64,000 nt of DNA from Octopus sinensis. Taxonomy: Eukaryota. The notes beneath the pieces are model-generated. The model worked only from the letters and a program-made list of their open reading frames with translations, had not been told where the DNA came from and did no database searches. The position numbers and the translations under genes are program-made. The stretch is taken from NCBI RefSeq assembly GCF_006345805.1, contig NC_042997.1:77934001-77998000 (forward strand), in the 5' to 3' direction. Below, piece by piece: positions 13,390 to 24,498 of the stretch (the stretch's first letter is position 1; every line of letters starts with the position of its first letter).

Positions 13390-13900
13390 GTAGTTTATTG
13401 AAAATTTTGATAATTTAATAATTATACATACAACAAGTATATAATACAAAACCACATTAAAATACAACTCCCAAACCGAAGAAAACAACCATGCGCGAAG
13501 AGAAAAAAAACCCATCAATTCAACACTAAATGCTCCAGCTGGTCACACACCACAAGGTTCAACGAAACTTACTGAAGCAAGCCAACACGCTCGTAGCATT
13601 ATCACGGGTGATGGCGAGGCTGAGGCACTGTAACAGCCAAGCACCCTCACCGGCATCCACCTAATATCCCGGTGAGGCGAGCTGCTAACGATGACAAAGA
13701 ACTTCGCTATTACCAGCCCAGCCTCTCCAAACGTCTCAAATGCCACAGGCTGGAAGAAATGGTTTGCTAACAAATCCCGATACTTAAGGGTTTTGTTCCG
13801 TTCAGCTGCGGAAGCAGTGAACCCATTTACGGCAGATTCTAAGATGTGGAAGGGAGCAATGGAGTCAAGCTGTGGCATCCCAAACCTATTTCTCACCTTT
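13390..13900 (-). mobile_element. 3' fragment of an RLE-type (CRE-like) non-LTR retrotransposon
   Basis: SAAERNKTLKYRDLLANHFFQPVAFETFG restriction-like endonuclease tail; AATAAA downstream. Confidence 0.7.
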
Positions 13901-14431
13901 CAGTTGCATTTGTGCCATTTTATTTTGCTAAATAATGTACCAAATCTATTTTTATTAGTTTCATATTGTCCTACCATATGTGGATTTACCTAAAAATTAA
14001 TTTGATCTATATTTGAACATAATAAATTTCATTAATTTCAAAATTAGACGAATTTCTTTATTTTGTATAAGTAACATGAAATTTGAAAGAGGTGAAATTA
14101 TAACTATTGCATCTTTGTGCTTTCTTTCATCTTTTGTTTCAATCATTAGACTGCGGCCACGCTGCAGCACCGTCTTGAAGAATTATTTTAGTCAAATGAA
14201 TCGATCCCAGTACTAACTTTTAAAGCCTGGTATTATTCTATCAGTCTCTTTTGCTGAACAACTATGTTATGGGATGTAAACACACCAATACTGGTAGGGG
14301 GATAAAATAGGCATAAAGACATTATATAAGAAAAGAAATGACACAGGAAAAACAAAGATTATGTCATGAACTTCATTACAGCTGTTTCTGCTTTAAGAAG
14401 CAGTGGTCTCTTGAGTACCTGGCTAACATCC

Positions 14432-14652
14432 TGTTATGTGTAGTTGGGTTCTAATGGGATAGACAACCAATATGAAAGCCATTGTTATTGTTTACGTGTT
14501 TATTTACTTTTTCATGTTACACGGACTTGTCAACATTCAGCGTAGTGATACACTATATACTTTACACACAGTTGTACTGTTCACTAACAAAATAGTGCCA
14601 AGAGTGGGAATGTATTCTATGCACGTATACACATAGATATGAATGTGTAACA
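14432..14652 (-). repeat. 3' LTR (221 bp)
   Basis: TG...CA ends; TATA-like and AATAAA motifs on the minus strand. Confidence 0.95.
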
Positions 14653-14839
14653 TCCCTTCTTCTTGAAAAAAATTAAAGGGGTCTTCTGGCAGTGATGACA
14701 ATATAAGTAGTCTCCCTTACACTAATGGATTGTCAGCGCCAGGTGGCAATCCTGTAGCAGAAACCGTGAGATTATTCTGCCTCTGCTTTGTAATCTAGCT
14801 GAATTAGTTACTTATCTTTTCATTTTCTTCCATTTTTCT

Positions 14840-17473
14840 TTAACGGTATCGAACCGGTGGCAGAATGTTCTTTCTCCATCTGGTGGATCTTGTGCTTCGC
14901 ACTGGTGTCTGAGGTGTGTTGTTGGGCTGCTGATATGTGGTTGGTGCCCGTTGGGGTGATGATTCTGTGGGTGTTGTCACTGATGCAGCAGGTGTTGTAC
15001 ACGTTGTCCTCGACAGCTTTGGTGTTGGGCGGATGTGGGCTCTGTTATGTCTCAGCTGCTCACCAGATTCCGTTTCTATTATATATGATCTTGGAGTTTC
15101 AGCTCTACTGACAACCTGTGCTGGGATCCATGTTTTAGTTATGGGATCTTGAGTATGCACATGTTGTCCTCCAAGCATCTCAGGTAAATATTGTGCATGT
15201 TTGTTGTAATACCTCTGTGATTGTTCTTGAGTGGCTGCTAGCTTTGCCCTTGTCTCTTCCTGGTCAATAGGAGGTTGGATCTTAGTTGGTAGGGTAGTTT
15301 TGTACTTCCTGCCATTCAGCAATTCTGCTGGGGATTTCATGTCAGCTCTCAGTGGTGTCGCTCGTAGGGACAGAAGTGCCAGGTGTGGGTCTTCCTTAGT
15401 CTCTCGGCATTTGACTAGTGTTCTCTTCACTGTCTGCACCTGTCTTTCTATAAACCCATGACTTTTGGGGTAGTGTGGAGATGAGGTTGTGATATTGAAC
15501 CCATACTCATCGGCTAGCTTTTTGAATTCTTGTGATGTGAACTGGGTTCCATTGTCACATATGATCTGCTCTGGTATTCCTTGCTCTGCTAGAAATCCTC
15601 GAGCCACTGTAGTGATTGTTTTAGCTGTCAGGTCTTTCACTTTTCTCACAAATGGAAATTTGGAGTAGTAGCAGGCCATTATCAAATACCATTCTTGGCC
15701 CTCTGTGAACAGATCTACTCCAATAGTTTGCCATGGCCTTCTTGGGATGTCACTAGATATCATTTCCTCCTTTTGTTGTGAGTTTCTGTACTTTTGACAG
15801 ATGTGGCATGTAGAAACTGTCTTTTCTATGCCTTTGTACATGCCTACCCAATATACTGCTGACTTGGCTTGGAGCTTGCATTTCTCCATTCCTAGATGCC
15901 CTTGGTGGATCTTGTCAAGAATCTCTTTTTGCATTGACTTTGGTATAATGATTCGGGATCCAGCCATCTGGATTCCATTCTCCACTGGTATATCATCATG
16001 GATGGCCCAATATTCACGAATTAGGGGCTGCACCTGATGTCTCTTTTCTGGCCACCCCTGAATCACCATCTGAGTAAGGAGCTGAAGTTCTTCATCTTTG
16101 CTGGTCTCCTCTTTGATTTCCGCTAGCTTTGTGGTTGTCACATTTACAATGTGGTGGACCTTTATGCTTAGTCCTTCCATCTCCTGTTTATCATGTGAGG
16201 ATAGTCTGGAAAGAGCATCCGCCAATATCAGGTCTTTTCCTGGCTTGTACCTGATGTCATAGTCATATGTTTGAAGCCTTAGTAGTAATCTTTGCAGTCT
16301 GGCTGGTGCTTTTGTCAGGTTTTTTCTATGTATTTGTTCTAGCGGGTGATGGTCTGTTTCTATATTGAAATGTCTGCCATACAGGTATGTATGGAACTTT
16401 TCACATCCATATACTACTGCCAGGAGTTCCCTTTCAATATTTGCGTACCTTGTCTCTGTGGGTGAGAGAGCTTTCGAGGCATATGCAATGGGTTTACCTT
16501 CCTGTATCAGTGCTGCGCCAACTCCTCTCATAGAAGCATCGACTTGGAGTGTTACTGGTTTGCGTCTGTCATAGTATTGCAGAGTTGTCTCCTTACTGAT
16601 GAGCTTTTTGATTGTTTTGAAATCATGTGTGTGTGAAGCACACCAATCAAACTCTACGTCATCTTTGTTTAGTTCTCGGAGATTTGCAGTGTGATCGGCC
16701 AGCTTGGGTATGAAGGCTCCCATGTAGTGAATGAGTCCCAGGAAGCTTCTGAGTTCCTTCTTGTCTTTTGGTTCTTTAATGTCTCTGATGGCTTCCACTT
16801 TAGCAGGGTCTGGTTTAACTCCCTCTGCAGAGTATATAATTCCAAAGAATTTGCACTCCTTTTCTTTTATTATACACTTGTCTGCATTGAGTTTGATGCC
16901 TGCTTGTCGGGTTTTCTCCATAGCTTCATGTAAATTGAAATCATGTGTGATTTCATCCTTGCCATGTGCTTGGATGTCATCTGCTATTCCAATTGCTCCC
17001 TTGCAGCCCTGGTTGGTCTCATCTATTTGGCGCTGGAAAACATCTTGGCTCACCTTCAATCCAAATGGGAGTCGGTTGAATCGATATCTGCCAAATGGTG
17101 TGTTGAAGGTAGTGAGCATGGATGACTCTTTGTTTATCTTTACATTCCAGTACCCATTGCTGGCATCCAGTTTACTGAATAATTTGGATCCAGCCAATGA
17201 TGGTGTGATTTCTTCAAGGGTTGGAATTGGATGGTGCTCTCTTTTTAATGCTTTGTTCAGGTCCCTTGGGTCGAGGCATATCCGTAGGGTACCATTGGGT
17301 TTTTCGTTGATTACAATTGAATTCACCCAGTCTGTTGGTTGTGTCACTTTGGTGATTATTTCTTTTTTTCCCATTCTGTCCAACTCTGTCTTCAGCTTCT
17401 CTTTCAGTTCTAGAGGGACGCGGCGAGGTGGGTGAACAATTGGTTTGATATTGGGGTCGACTGTTATATGGTA
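14840..17473 (-). CDS. Gypsy RT-RNase H-integrase (same frame as Gag-PR, after the stop)
   Basis: RT IADDI; RH DASMRGVG, ELLAVV, TDHHPL; IN HQGHLG...CHIC, VDLF, CDNGTQF, IERQVQTVK. Confidence 0.92.
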   Translation of the reverse strand, partial: YHITVDPNIKPIVHPPRRVPLELKEKLKTELDRMGKKEIITKVTQPTDWVNSIVINEKPNGTLRICLDPRDLNKALKREHHPIPTLEEITPSLAGSKLFSKLDASNGYWNVKINKESSMLTTFNTPFGRYRFNRLPFGLKVSQDVFQRQIDETNQGCKGAIGIADDIQAHGKDEITHDFNLHEAMEKTRQAGIKLNADKCIIKEKECKFFGIIYSAEGVKPDPAKVEAIRDIKEPKDKKELRSFLGLIHYMGAFIPKLADHTANLRELNKDDVEFDWCASHTHDFKTIKKLISKETTLQYYDRRKPVTLQVDASMRGVGAALIQEGKPIAYASKALSPTETRYANIERELLAVVYGCEKFHTYLYGRHFNIETDHHPLEQIHRKNLTKAPARLQRLLLRLQTYDYDIRYKPGKDLILADALSRLSSHDKQEMEGLSIKVHHIVNVTTTKLAEIKEETSKDEELQLLTQMVIQGWPEKRHQVQPLIREYWAIHDDIPVENGIQMAGSRIIIPKSMQKEILDKIHQGHLGMEKCKLQAKSAVYWVGMYKGIEKTVSTCHICQKYRNSQQKEEMISSDIPRRPWQTIGVDLFTEGQEWYLIMACYYSKFPFVRKVKDLTAKTITTVARGFLAEQGIPEQIICDNGTQFTSQEFKKLADEYGFNITTSSPHYPKSHGFIERQVQTVKRTLVKCRETKEDPHLALLSLRATPLRADMKSPAELLNGRKYKTTLPTKIQPPIDQEETRAKLAATQEQSQRYYNKHAQYLPEMLGGQHVHTQDPITKTWIPAQVVSRAETPRSYIIETESGEQLRHNRAHIRPTPKLSRTTCTTPAASVTTPTESSPQRAPTTYQQPNNTPQTPVRSTRSTRWRKNILPPVRYR

Positions 17474-18862
17474 TCAACATTTCACAAAGCACCCGACTGT
17501 ATCGTCAAAGCATTCAGAGTACATGCTTATCAGTTCTTCTTTGGTTGTGATTGGTGGTCGGTCTTTGATAGGCATATCACTGTCAATCCTGCTTGGAGCT
17601 GCTTTCACTTCAGCATTGATTGATACAATGTTTAGCTTTTTGCAGGTATTGAGTCCAAGAATTGCTGGTCCTTCTGTTCTTGTGACATAAAAAGAACACT
17701 TGATTGTTTTTCCTTTGTGTGTCCCTGTGATAGTTATTTTACCCAGTTGTGGAATCCTGGTACCTCCGTACGCAGTGAGGATTACATCACTTGGTGTGAG
17801 GATTCCTTCTTTGACTTTATCCTCTTCTGTCATGTGTTCTGAGAACATCTTTTTGTAGAGGTTGACAGGTAAGATATTACTCTGGGCTCCAGTGTCAATC
17901 TTTAGCCTTAAGTCTATGTTTGTTCGTTTCCTGCCAGACTTCTTCTGTATTCTTATTGTTGTGTATGCCTCATTTTCTCTCTGGTCGTCATTTCTCGTCT
18001 CATGCACATTTATTGTGCCGACTGCCAAGAATTCCTCCTCTGAGGTGTTTTGTTGTCGGGCATGTATATCTCTTCTTCTATTTCCGCTCATCTTTGAAAA
18101 TTGGGGTTTGTTTTTCTGGGATTTTGTTAACCTACACATTTTTTCCCAGTGGTTAAGTTTTCCACATGCTTTGCAGTGTGTACCGAATGCAGGACATTTC
18201 TTTCGGTTATTGAATTCATGCTCTATACCACAGTACTGGCATGTTCTTTGTTTGCGGATATGTGTCCTGTGCCTAGATACAATATCTACACTGCTGCCTA
18301 GTGAGCTTGTTTGTAAGCTAAGTGAGGCCACTTGTTTGATAGTAGCTTCGAATGCTCTTGCAGTGTCTACTGCTTCTATCAACTGGAGAGCGTCCTTACC
18401 TATGAGGGATTTCTGAACTTCCTTATGAGCACACCCCCATATTAATTGATCAACGATTCTTTCGTCCTTATCTTTGAATTTGCATTTTTCGGCAACATTC
18501 TTTAGTCTGGACAGGAAATTGTCAATCGTTTCTTGTGGGTCTTGTTTCAGGCCCTGGAATTCGTATCTGTGAATTCTATGGTTCAATCTGGGCTCCAGGT
18601 GCCTTTCAAATTCCTCTATAAGTGTTTCTGGGTTATTGCAATCCGATTCTGACATATCCCAGCTATTGAATAGGTCTAGACTTTTATTGCCCATCCATAA
18701 GAGGATATAGCTTACCTTCTCATCATTAGTCGTGCCTTTCAGGAAACTTTTGAAAGCTAGTTGAGTTTTCTGTTTGAATTTCTTAAATGCTTCCAAAATA
18801 TCATCAGAGTCCCAATTCATGATCAGATGTAGATTCATCTGTACGGCGACGGGGGTTGCCAT
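17474..18862 (-). CDS. Gypsy Gag-protease
   Basis: CCHC knuckle CKACGKLNHWEKMC; protease KIDTGAQSNILP; ends at an in-frame TGA. Confidence 0.9.
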   Translation of the reverse strand: MATPVAVQMNLHLIMNWDSDDILEAFKKFKQKTQLAFKSFLKGTTNDEKVSYILLWMGNKSLDLFNSWDMSESDCNNPETLIEEFERHLEPRLNHRIHRYEFQGLKQDPQETIDNFLSRLKNVAEKCKFKDKDERIVDQLIWGCAHKEVQKSLIGKDALQLIEAVDTARAFEATIKQVASLSLQTSSLGSSVDIVSRHRTHIRKQRTCQYCGIEHEFNNRKKCPAFGTHCKACGKLNHWEKMCRLTKSQKNKPQFSKMSGNRRRDIHARQQNTSEEEFLAVGTINVHETRNDDQRENEAYTTIRIQKKSGRKRTNIDLRLKIDTGAQSNILPVNLYKKMFSEHMTEEDKVKEGILTPSDVILTAYGGTRIPQLGKITITGTHKGKTIKCSFYVTRTEGPAILGLNTCKKLNIVSINAEVKAAPSRIDSDMPIKDRPPITTKEELISMYSECFDDTVGCFVKC

Positions 18863-18969
18863 CTTGAATCCTCGTGTTGTCCGAAGACGAAGCGATGTTT
18901 TGTCTGTTAAATTCCTGGTTCGTTGCGTTTCTGTTTTGTTGTAAAGGCACAGTTTCCGATTAATTATTT

Positions 18970-18982
18970 ACCGCTGCCACCA
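18970..18982 (-). promoter_or_regulatory. Primer-binding site, tRNA-Leu type
   Basis: 13-nt complement of ACCGCTGCCACCA, the 3' end of animal tRNA-Leu as I recall it. Confidence 0.75.
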
Positions 18983-19202
18983 TGTTATGTGTAGTTGGGT
19001 TCTAATGGGATAGACAACCAATATGAAAGCCATTGTTATTGTTTACGTGTTTATTTACTTTTCATGTTACACGGACTTGTCAACATTCAGCGTAGTGATA
19101 CACTATATACTTTACACTCAGTTGTACTGTTCACTAACAAAATAGTGCCAAGAGTGGGAATGTATTCTATGCACGTATACACATAGATATGAATGTGTAA
19201 CT
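18983..19202 (-). repeat. 5' LTR (220 bp)
   Basis: Near-identical to the 3' LTR; adjoins the PBS. Confidence 0.95.
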
Positions 19203-19581
19203 CATCCTATAGCTTTATCGGAGCCTCGAATATGTAAGGCACTTTATTTGGCAAAAAAAGAATTACACTTTCTTGGATACACTTTCCATATACATCAGCA
19301 ATGACTTTCTCATTCTTTGTATATTCCAAAAATGTAATTCTTTTATCTCTAAATAAATTGCACTTCGTATTCAAGGCCCCAATGAAGCCATAGGATGTTA
19401 TTAGGCACTCATCTAAGAGTCATCTTATAGCAGAAAGAGCTGTAAGCTAATGAAGTTCGTTACATAATCTTTGTTTTTCCTATGTCATCTCTTATTACTG
19501 CTCTATACTTATCTAACACTTTGTTCTGAAATATACATATATTGAGTTCTACACCAAGTTATTAGTCTTGCAATGCCTAAA

Positions 19582-19583
<2 letters not shown>

Positions 19584-19646
<63 letters not shown>

Positions 19647-19741
19647 CATATTATTTATTATTTATACACGCACACATATATATATATATACATACATAAT
19701 ACATACACACACACATACATACATACATACATACATACATA
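19584..19741. repeat. (AT)n and (ACAT)n microsatellites
   Basis: Direct inspection. Confidence 0.95.
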
Positions 19742-20225
19742 TGATCTTTACTTTTTGACCTACAGATTTAAAAAATAAATTTTTGTAACTAAACACTTTC
19801 AAACTTCGGACACTGGTAGAATGTGTCATATAAAACATGTTTTAATCTTACCATTTTAGGGTTTTAAGGTTAGGGTTTTAGTGTTAGGGTTTTAGGGTTA
19901 GGGTTAAGGTTTAAGGGTTAGGATTAGGGTTTAAGGGTTAGGGTTGTCATAAATAACAGTGACAAATGAAATATGTACCACCGGAAGTTCTTGATGACAA
20001 ACAACAGCAGTAATTTTATTCAGCTGAATACACGCCATTGATTGGTTAAAATTACCGAAATACGAGAACTTTAAGGTAAAAATGACTAAGTAAATACAAG
20101 TTTTTATAAAAAATGCTAATAGTAAAACATGTTTTATATGACACATTCTACCAGTGTCCGAAGTTTGAAAGTGTTTAGTTACAAAAAATAATTTTTTAAA
20201 TCTGTAGTTCAAAAAGTAAAGATCC
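19742..20225. mobile_element. Non-autonomous DNA element with ~110-bp TIRs and internal TTAGGG-like array
   Basis: gatctttactttttga...acactggtagaatgtgtcatataaaacatgtttta, mirrored at the right end. Confidence 0.8.
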
Positions 20226-20336
20226 TATATATATAGTTAATCCAAACATGAAAACACAGAGCAAACATAACAACGCGAGGACGTGGAACAAGTATAGTGT
20301 TATTGGACGCTCAGAAAAAGAAAGAAAGGAGGAGGA

Positions 20337-20369
20337 TTTAACGTTTCGAGCGGAGCTCTTCGTCAGAAA
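20337..20369 (-). ncRNA. Minimal hammerhead ribozyme-like motif in a Penelope-type terminus
   Basis: UUU CUGACGA AGAGCUCCGCUC GAAAC GUU AAA; helix I only 3-4 bp. Confidence 0.45.
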
Positions 20370-22152
20370 CATATAAAACGGAAAGGTCCAAGGAAGGGAA
20401 GATGGAGAAAGAAAATCGCCAACGATACACATGCGGTTACATATATCTTAAGAGAAAAAAACCCACAAAACAAAACTCTCTTGGTGGGTAACTTCAAGGT
20501 CTCTACTACCCCTCCCACCTTTCTTTTCCAGAAAAATGTGGTTTATGGTGGGTTTGGAGGTCAGATATGTTGACTACACCCGAAAAAAATCTATGGAAAA
20601 ATTTATTCTACTCCGAGGTACAAAATATTTACTGAAACAATAAAATCTTGTACCGATTATACCTGTATTTTAATTAATTCAAATTAATGTACCTCCTCTT
20701 GAAAAGTGGCAAAATTTTTGTCGTTTGCCATCTGGGATAATTTTAGTAACAAATCAAACAGGTAAGAATCATTAAGAAATTTAATTTTAGTGTTTATCCA
20801 TAAAACACCTGTTAATTAAATTTACATGCCCATAAAAGTCAAATTTACTCAGCAAGATCAGCTCTTGTTTTCAAAAATCCCTCCTAAATCACAAAATAAG
20901 TTGGGGAAACGTGCTCTATTTTTCAAATCCTGGCAGTAACACTGAAACTGGAAGTAGGATAATAATCTAATTCTACATTTTATCACATTCAAGAATATAA
21001 ACAAGTTTTTAAGTACAACACATGTGGAGTCAAAAAGAAACATTACCTTTCACCCTTATTCATGCAGTGCTCTCTCTCCCTTGTGTGAAGCTTCCTATCT
21101 CGGACATGTGAGCATGCACACAACAGCCAAACACCGTGTCACTGGAACTGTGAAGTGTGCAGTTCTATACAAGGATTTTTGTATTTTTTTTCATAAACTA
21201 GGGGATGGCTACTGACATTAAGCTTAAGGATTATATAATGTGCAGGTATACAAAAAGAATTATAGATGTGTGAGTGAGAAAGAAATGAGGAGGGAGGCTT
21301 TGGGATGAAACAACAACCAGATCTCCCTTAAACCACATATTTTCCTCTGAAATTATTAACAATTTTTTTAAAACCAAAAATGCTTCTCACACGGGTTTTA
21401 AGTGCGCAGTAAAAAAAAATGGCCAAAATCCTTATGGACTGGGGTGGTGAATGGGTGGTGGGAGTGAAAAAATAAATTTTCAAAAATTTTTTCTCTTTTT
21501 TTTCTTGTGAAAAAATGCCTCCCATCATTCTGAAGACTTTGGGGGCAAACATTGGAAAAATATCTCCATCAAAACAGAGAAATTCCAACTTATGTGGGCC
21601 ATCTGATCCGAAACTCCGTTTTCCAGAAACTCCCCTCCCCCGCATCCTTTCAAAAATTTAGCCAACAAATTTCTTTGTTATCGTAATCTGCACCGTTTGA
21701 AAAGTATTTGTATAAAATTTCATTAAAAAATACCTATTTTCTAGAAAGTTACGAGGTGGAAAATGTCGGGTCCTGTGAACTTTCCGAAACTCTTCTCCCC
21801 AACCCCTCGGAAAATGTTTTTTTTTTCCAACAAGTCCTTATTTACACTCAATCTTCGGGATATAAGCGATTATTTGGTGAAAGTTTCGTTAAAAAGTATC
21901 CATTTTCGTGGAAGTTATGGGGCAACAAAGTCGGTAGGGTATTAAACAGTAGCTATGCCATTTTTTTCAATGAGTTAACGTTAACGGATTCATGATTAAA
22001 GGTGCCCACGTCTGTGTGTGTGTGTGTATAAATGGATGTGTGTATTTTCCCTTGTTTACAATTAACACGGAAAAAATAGATAAACAATTACCAGGGCAGC
22101 AAAAAATCACACAATAAGGACGTTACACCCTGTTTGTAAAGGTAGAAACTCC

Positions 22153-22789
22153 GGATCTTTTCCTTTTGAACAGCAGATGCCAACACAATTTCTTGTTAAC
22201 TAAACACTTTTAAACTTCTTACACTGGTAGAATGTGTTTATAAAACATCAATTTCTCTTGGTTTTATTGAGAACATTCTATAGTTTGTAAGATATTTCGT
22301 CTGAAAATCCGAGCATTTCGGCAATTTTAACCAATCGATTACCTCCATTCAACTAAAATCATTTGCTGCGTCTAAAACTGAGACAACATCCTGTAACTAA
22401 CCCTAAACCTCCCCCTTAACCCTAACCCTAATTTTTTTTTCTTAATTGTTGAATTAATTTAATTCCATTGCTTTAGTTTTTTTTTTACACGCGTAACAAT
22501 TAAATTAATTTAACAATTAAGAAAAAAAAAGGGTTAGGGTTAGGGGGAGGTTTAGGGTTAGTTACAGGATGTTGTCTCAGTTTTAGACGCAGCAAAGGAT
22601 CTTAGCTCAAAAGAGAGCATAGGATTGGTTAAAATTCGAAAAATTAAACTACGTTAAACAAACAAATTGCAATTTTCTCAAGGAAGCCATGAGAAAAAAA
22701 TGTTTTATTTTGACACATTCTACCAGTATACGAAGTTTTAAAGTGCTTAGTTAACTAGAAATTGTCTGCCGTTCAAAAGGAAAAGATCC
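22153..22789. mobile_element. Foldback non-autonomous DNA transposon (Merlin-like ends) with telomere-like repeats
   Basis: TIR ggatcttttccttttgaac; 8-bp TSD GAAACTCC on both sides; inner ~100-bp inverted repeat. Confidence 0.8.
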
Positions 22790-22964
22790 GAAACTCCGGT
22801 TTGATGTGAAATATTTTGTATAATATATATAAATAAATAGAGTTAAACGCAGATGTTATTCAATTTCTTTTACTCCCGACATATATTTCGAAGACAACAT
22901 TGGTATTATTCCAAAGGAATAAAATGGTGTGTGTGTGTGTATATATATATATATATGTGTGTGT

Positions 22965-23270
22965 GGAGGCGCAATGGCCCAGTAGTTAAGGCAGCGGACT
23001 CGCGGTCATAGGATCGCGGTTTCGATTCCCAGACCAGGCGTTGCGTTTGTTTATTGAGCGAAAACACCTAAAGCTACACGAGGCTCCTTCTTCCTGTTTC
23101 TGTTGTATCTGTATTTCAGAGGGCCAGCTGAATCTCCCCGAGAACTACGTTAAGGGTACAGGTGTCTGTGGAATGTTCTGCCACTTGCACGTTAATTTCA
23201 CGAGCAGGCTGTTCCGTTGATCAGATCAATTGGAACCTGCGTCGTCGTAACCGACAGAGTGCCAGAACAA
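22965..23270 (+). mobile_element. tRNA-derived SINE
   Basis: A box TGGCCCAGTAG, B box GGTTTCGATTC; (ACAT)n tail. Confidence 0.8.
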
Positions 23271-23297
23271 AACATACATACATACATACATATATAT

Positions 23298-24359
23298 TGT
23301 TACGCCGCCACTCAGACCCAAGGCCTTCCGATTCCACCACGGACCCTAAGTCGCGACGATGACACTCAGTAAACCGGAAAATCCACCATGAGAAGGGGGG
23401 AGGCGGCGAACGCAGCCAGGAACCAACACAACAACAAAAGAAGAACACAGGCGGAAGTTGCGTAATTCAAACAATTTTTTTTTTGACAAAACCAAAAGCA
23501 TTCAAAACAAAGGTTGACAACATAATACAGAGTTCGGAGAACAAATCATTTGCATTTAAACATAATACAGATTTCGAAAAACAAATCATTTAACGTTTGA
23601 CACAAGGTTCACAATCAACAGTCTCTTAGAGCTCCACTTTCCTCTTACTTTACCACGACAGTTCTCAAAAAGTTCCTTCTCATTTTCAAGTTCTTTTATT
23701 TTCTTCCTTTTCTTTTCTTTAAAAAACAGCCAACTACACGCTTTTTTTTTCTTTTCAACGGTTACGTCAGAGCCTCATCTTTTTTTTTTTTCATTTCAAC
23801 AATAAATCGTCTCTTCTCTTCCTTTTTTTTTACATTTAAACATCAAAATTCAAAACACAATTAAAAAAACATTACCGCATGTTCCACGCCTGCAACACTC
23901 CCTGAACATCACAATCCCCACTATAGTAGTCCAGCTTCTTTACGTGTCTCTCTCTGCCCCTTCACTGTCATCTTCCTTACTACCTCTCGTCCTGTTATCT
24001 CTCACACTCACTGTCTGTCTGTCTCTAGACCCCGACTGTCATCTTCTTGGCTGCCTCTCGCCGACTCAAACTTTTACTTAATGCTAGCCGTATTTATAAC
24101 GGCCAGCAGCTAGAAGAAGAAAGATATCGATGACAGCAGTGTGTAGATTCCCTCCCAACATTTTAATTTTTAAAAAAACTTTCCGTGACCGTGTGGGGGT
24201 CATAATCACTTCCTAGGGCCATTAATAAACGTGCTCTTTGACAGGACATAGGAAATACCATTGTCCTGAACAACTGGAGCGCCAGTTCGATTCCCACTAA
24301 TGGAACAAGGGGCATAATGTTTTTTTTTGTTCGTTTACATTTTCCTTGCGTCCGTAACA
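23298..24359. mobile_element. Probable solo LTR (1062 bp)
   Basis: TGTTACG...CGTAACA termini; ATAT flanks (within a microsatellite, so a weak TSD). Confidence 0.55.
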
Positions 24360-24420
24360 ATATATATATATATATACATAATTGATCAAAATAAAATAAA
24401 AACATGATGCGAAGGATTCA

Positions 24421-24498
24421 GCGGTACATATGTTTCGGGCCTTTATTAGACAGATTTATAACAATGCATAATGTATGTCTGTGGCCTTCTTCAGCCGC
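24421..24498 (-). ncRNA. Type I hammerhead ribozyme
   Basis: GCGG CUGAAGA A-GGCC...GGCC-C GAAAC AUAU GUA CCGC. Confidence 0.75.

Larger units (their letters stand above)
14432..19202 (-). mobile_element. Ty3/Gypsy LTR retrotransposon, full-length, young
   Basis: LTRs at 14432-14652 and 18983-19202 (3 differences counted); 5-bp TSD CATCC; PBS TGGTGGCAGCGGT; PPT AAGAAGAAGGGA; gag-PR-RT-RH-IN order. Confidence 0.97.

Noticed and set aside
16731-17435. 234-aa plus-strand ORF, and the 184-aa ORF at 17862
   Set aside because: Antisense shadows of the Gypsy gag-pol frame with no recognisable motifs.
19858-19945. Possible true telomere or chromosome fusion site
   Set aside because: Short, degenerate and enclosed by transposon TIRs.
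20480-22000. AT-rich repeat-like segment with G/C patches
   Set aside because: Probably non-autonomous DNA elements, but I could not define termini or a TSD.
22965-23040. Possible tRNA gene
   Set aside because: It has A and B boxes but no proper acceptor stem and continues into a SINE body; the same holds at 40070-40140.
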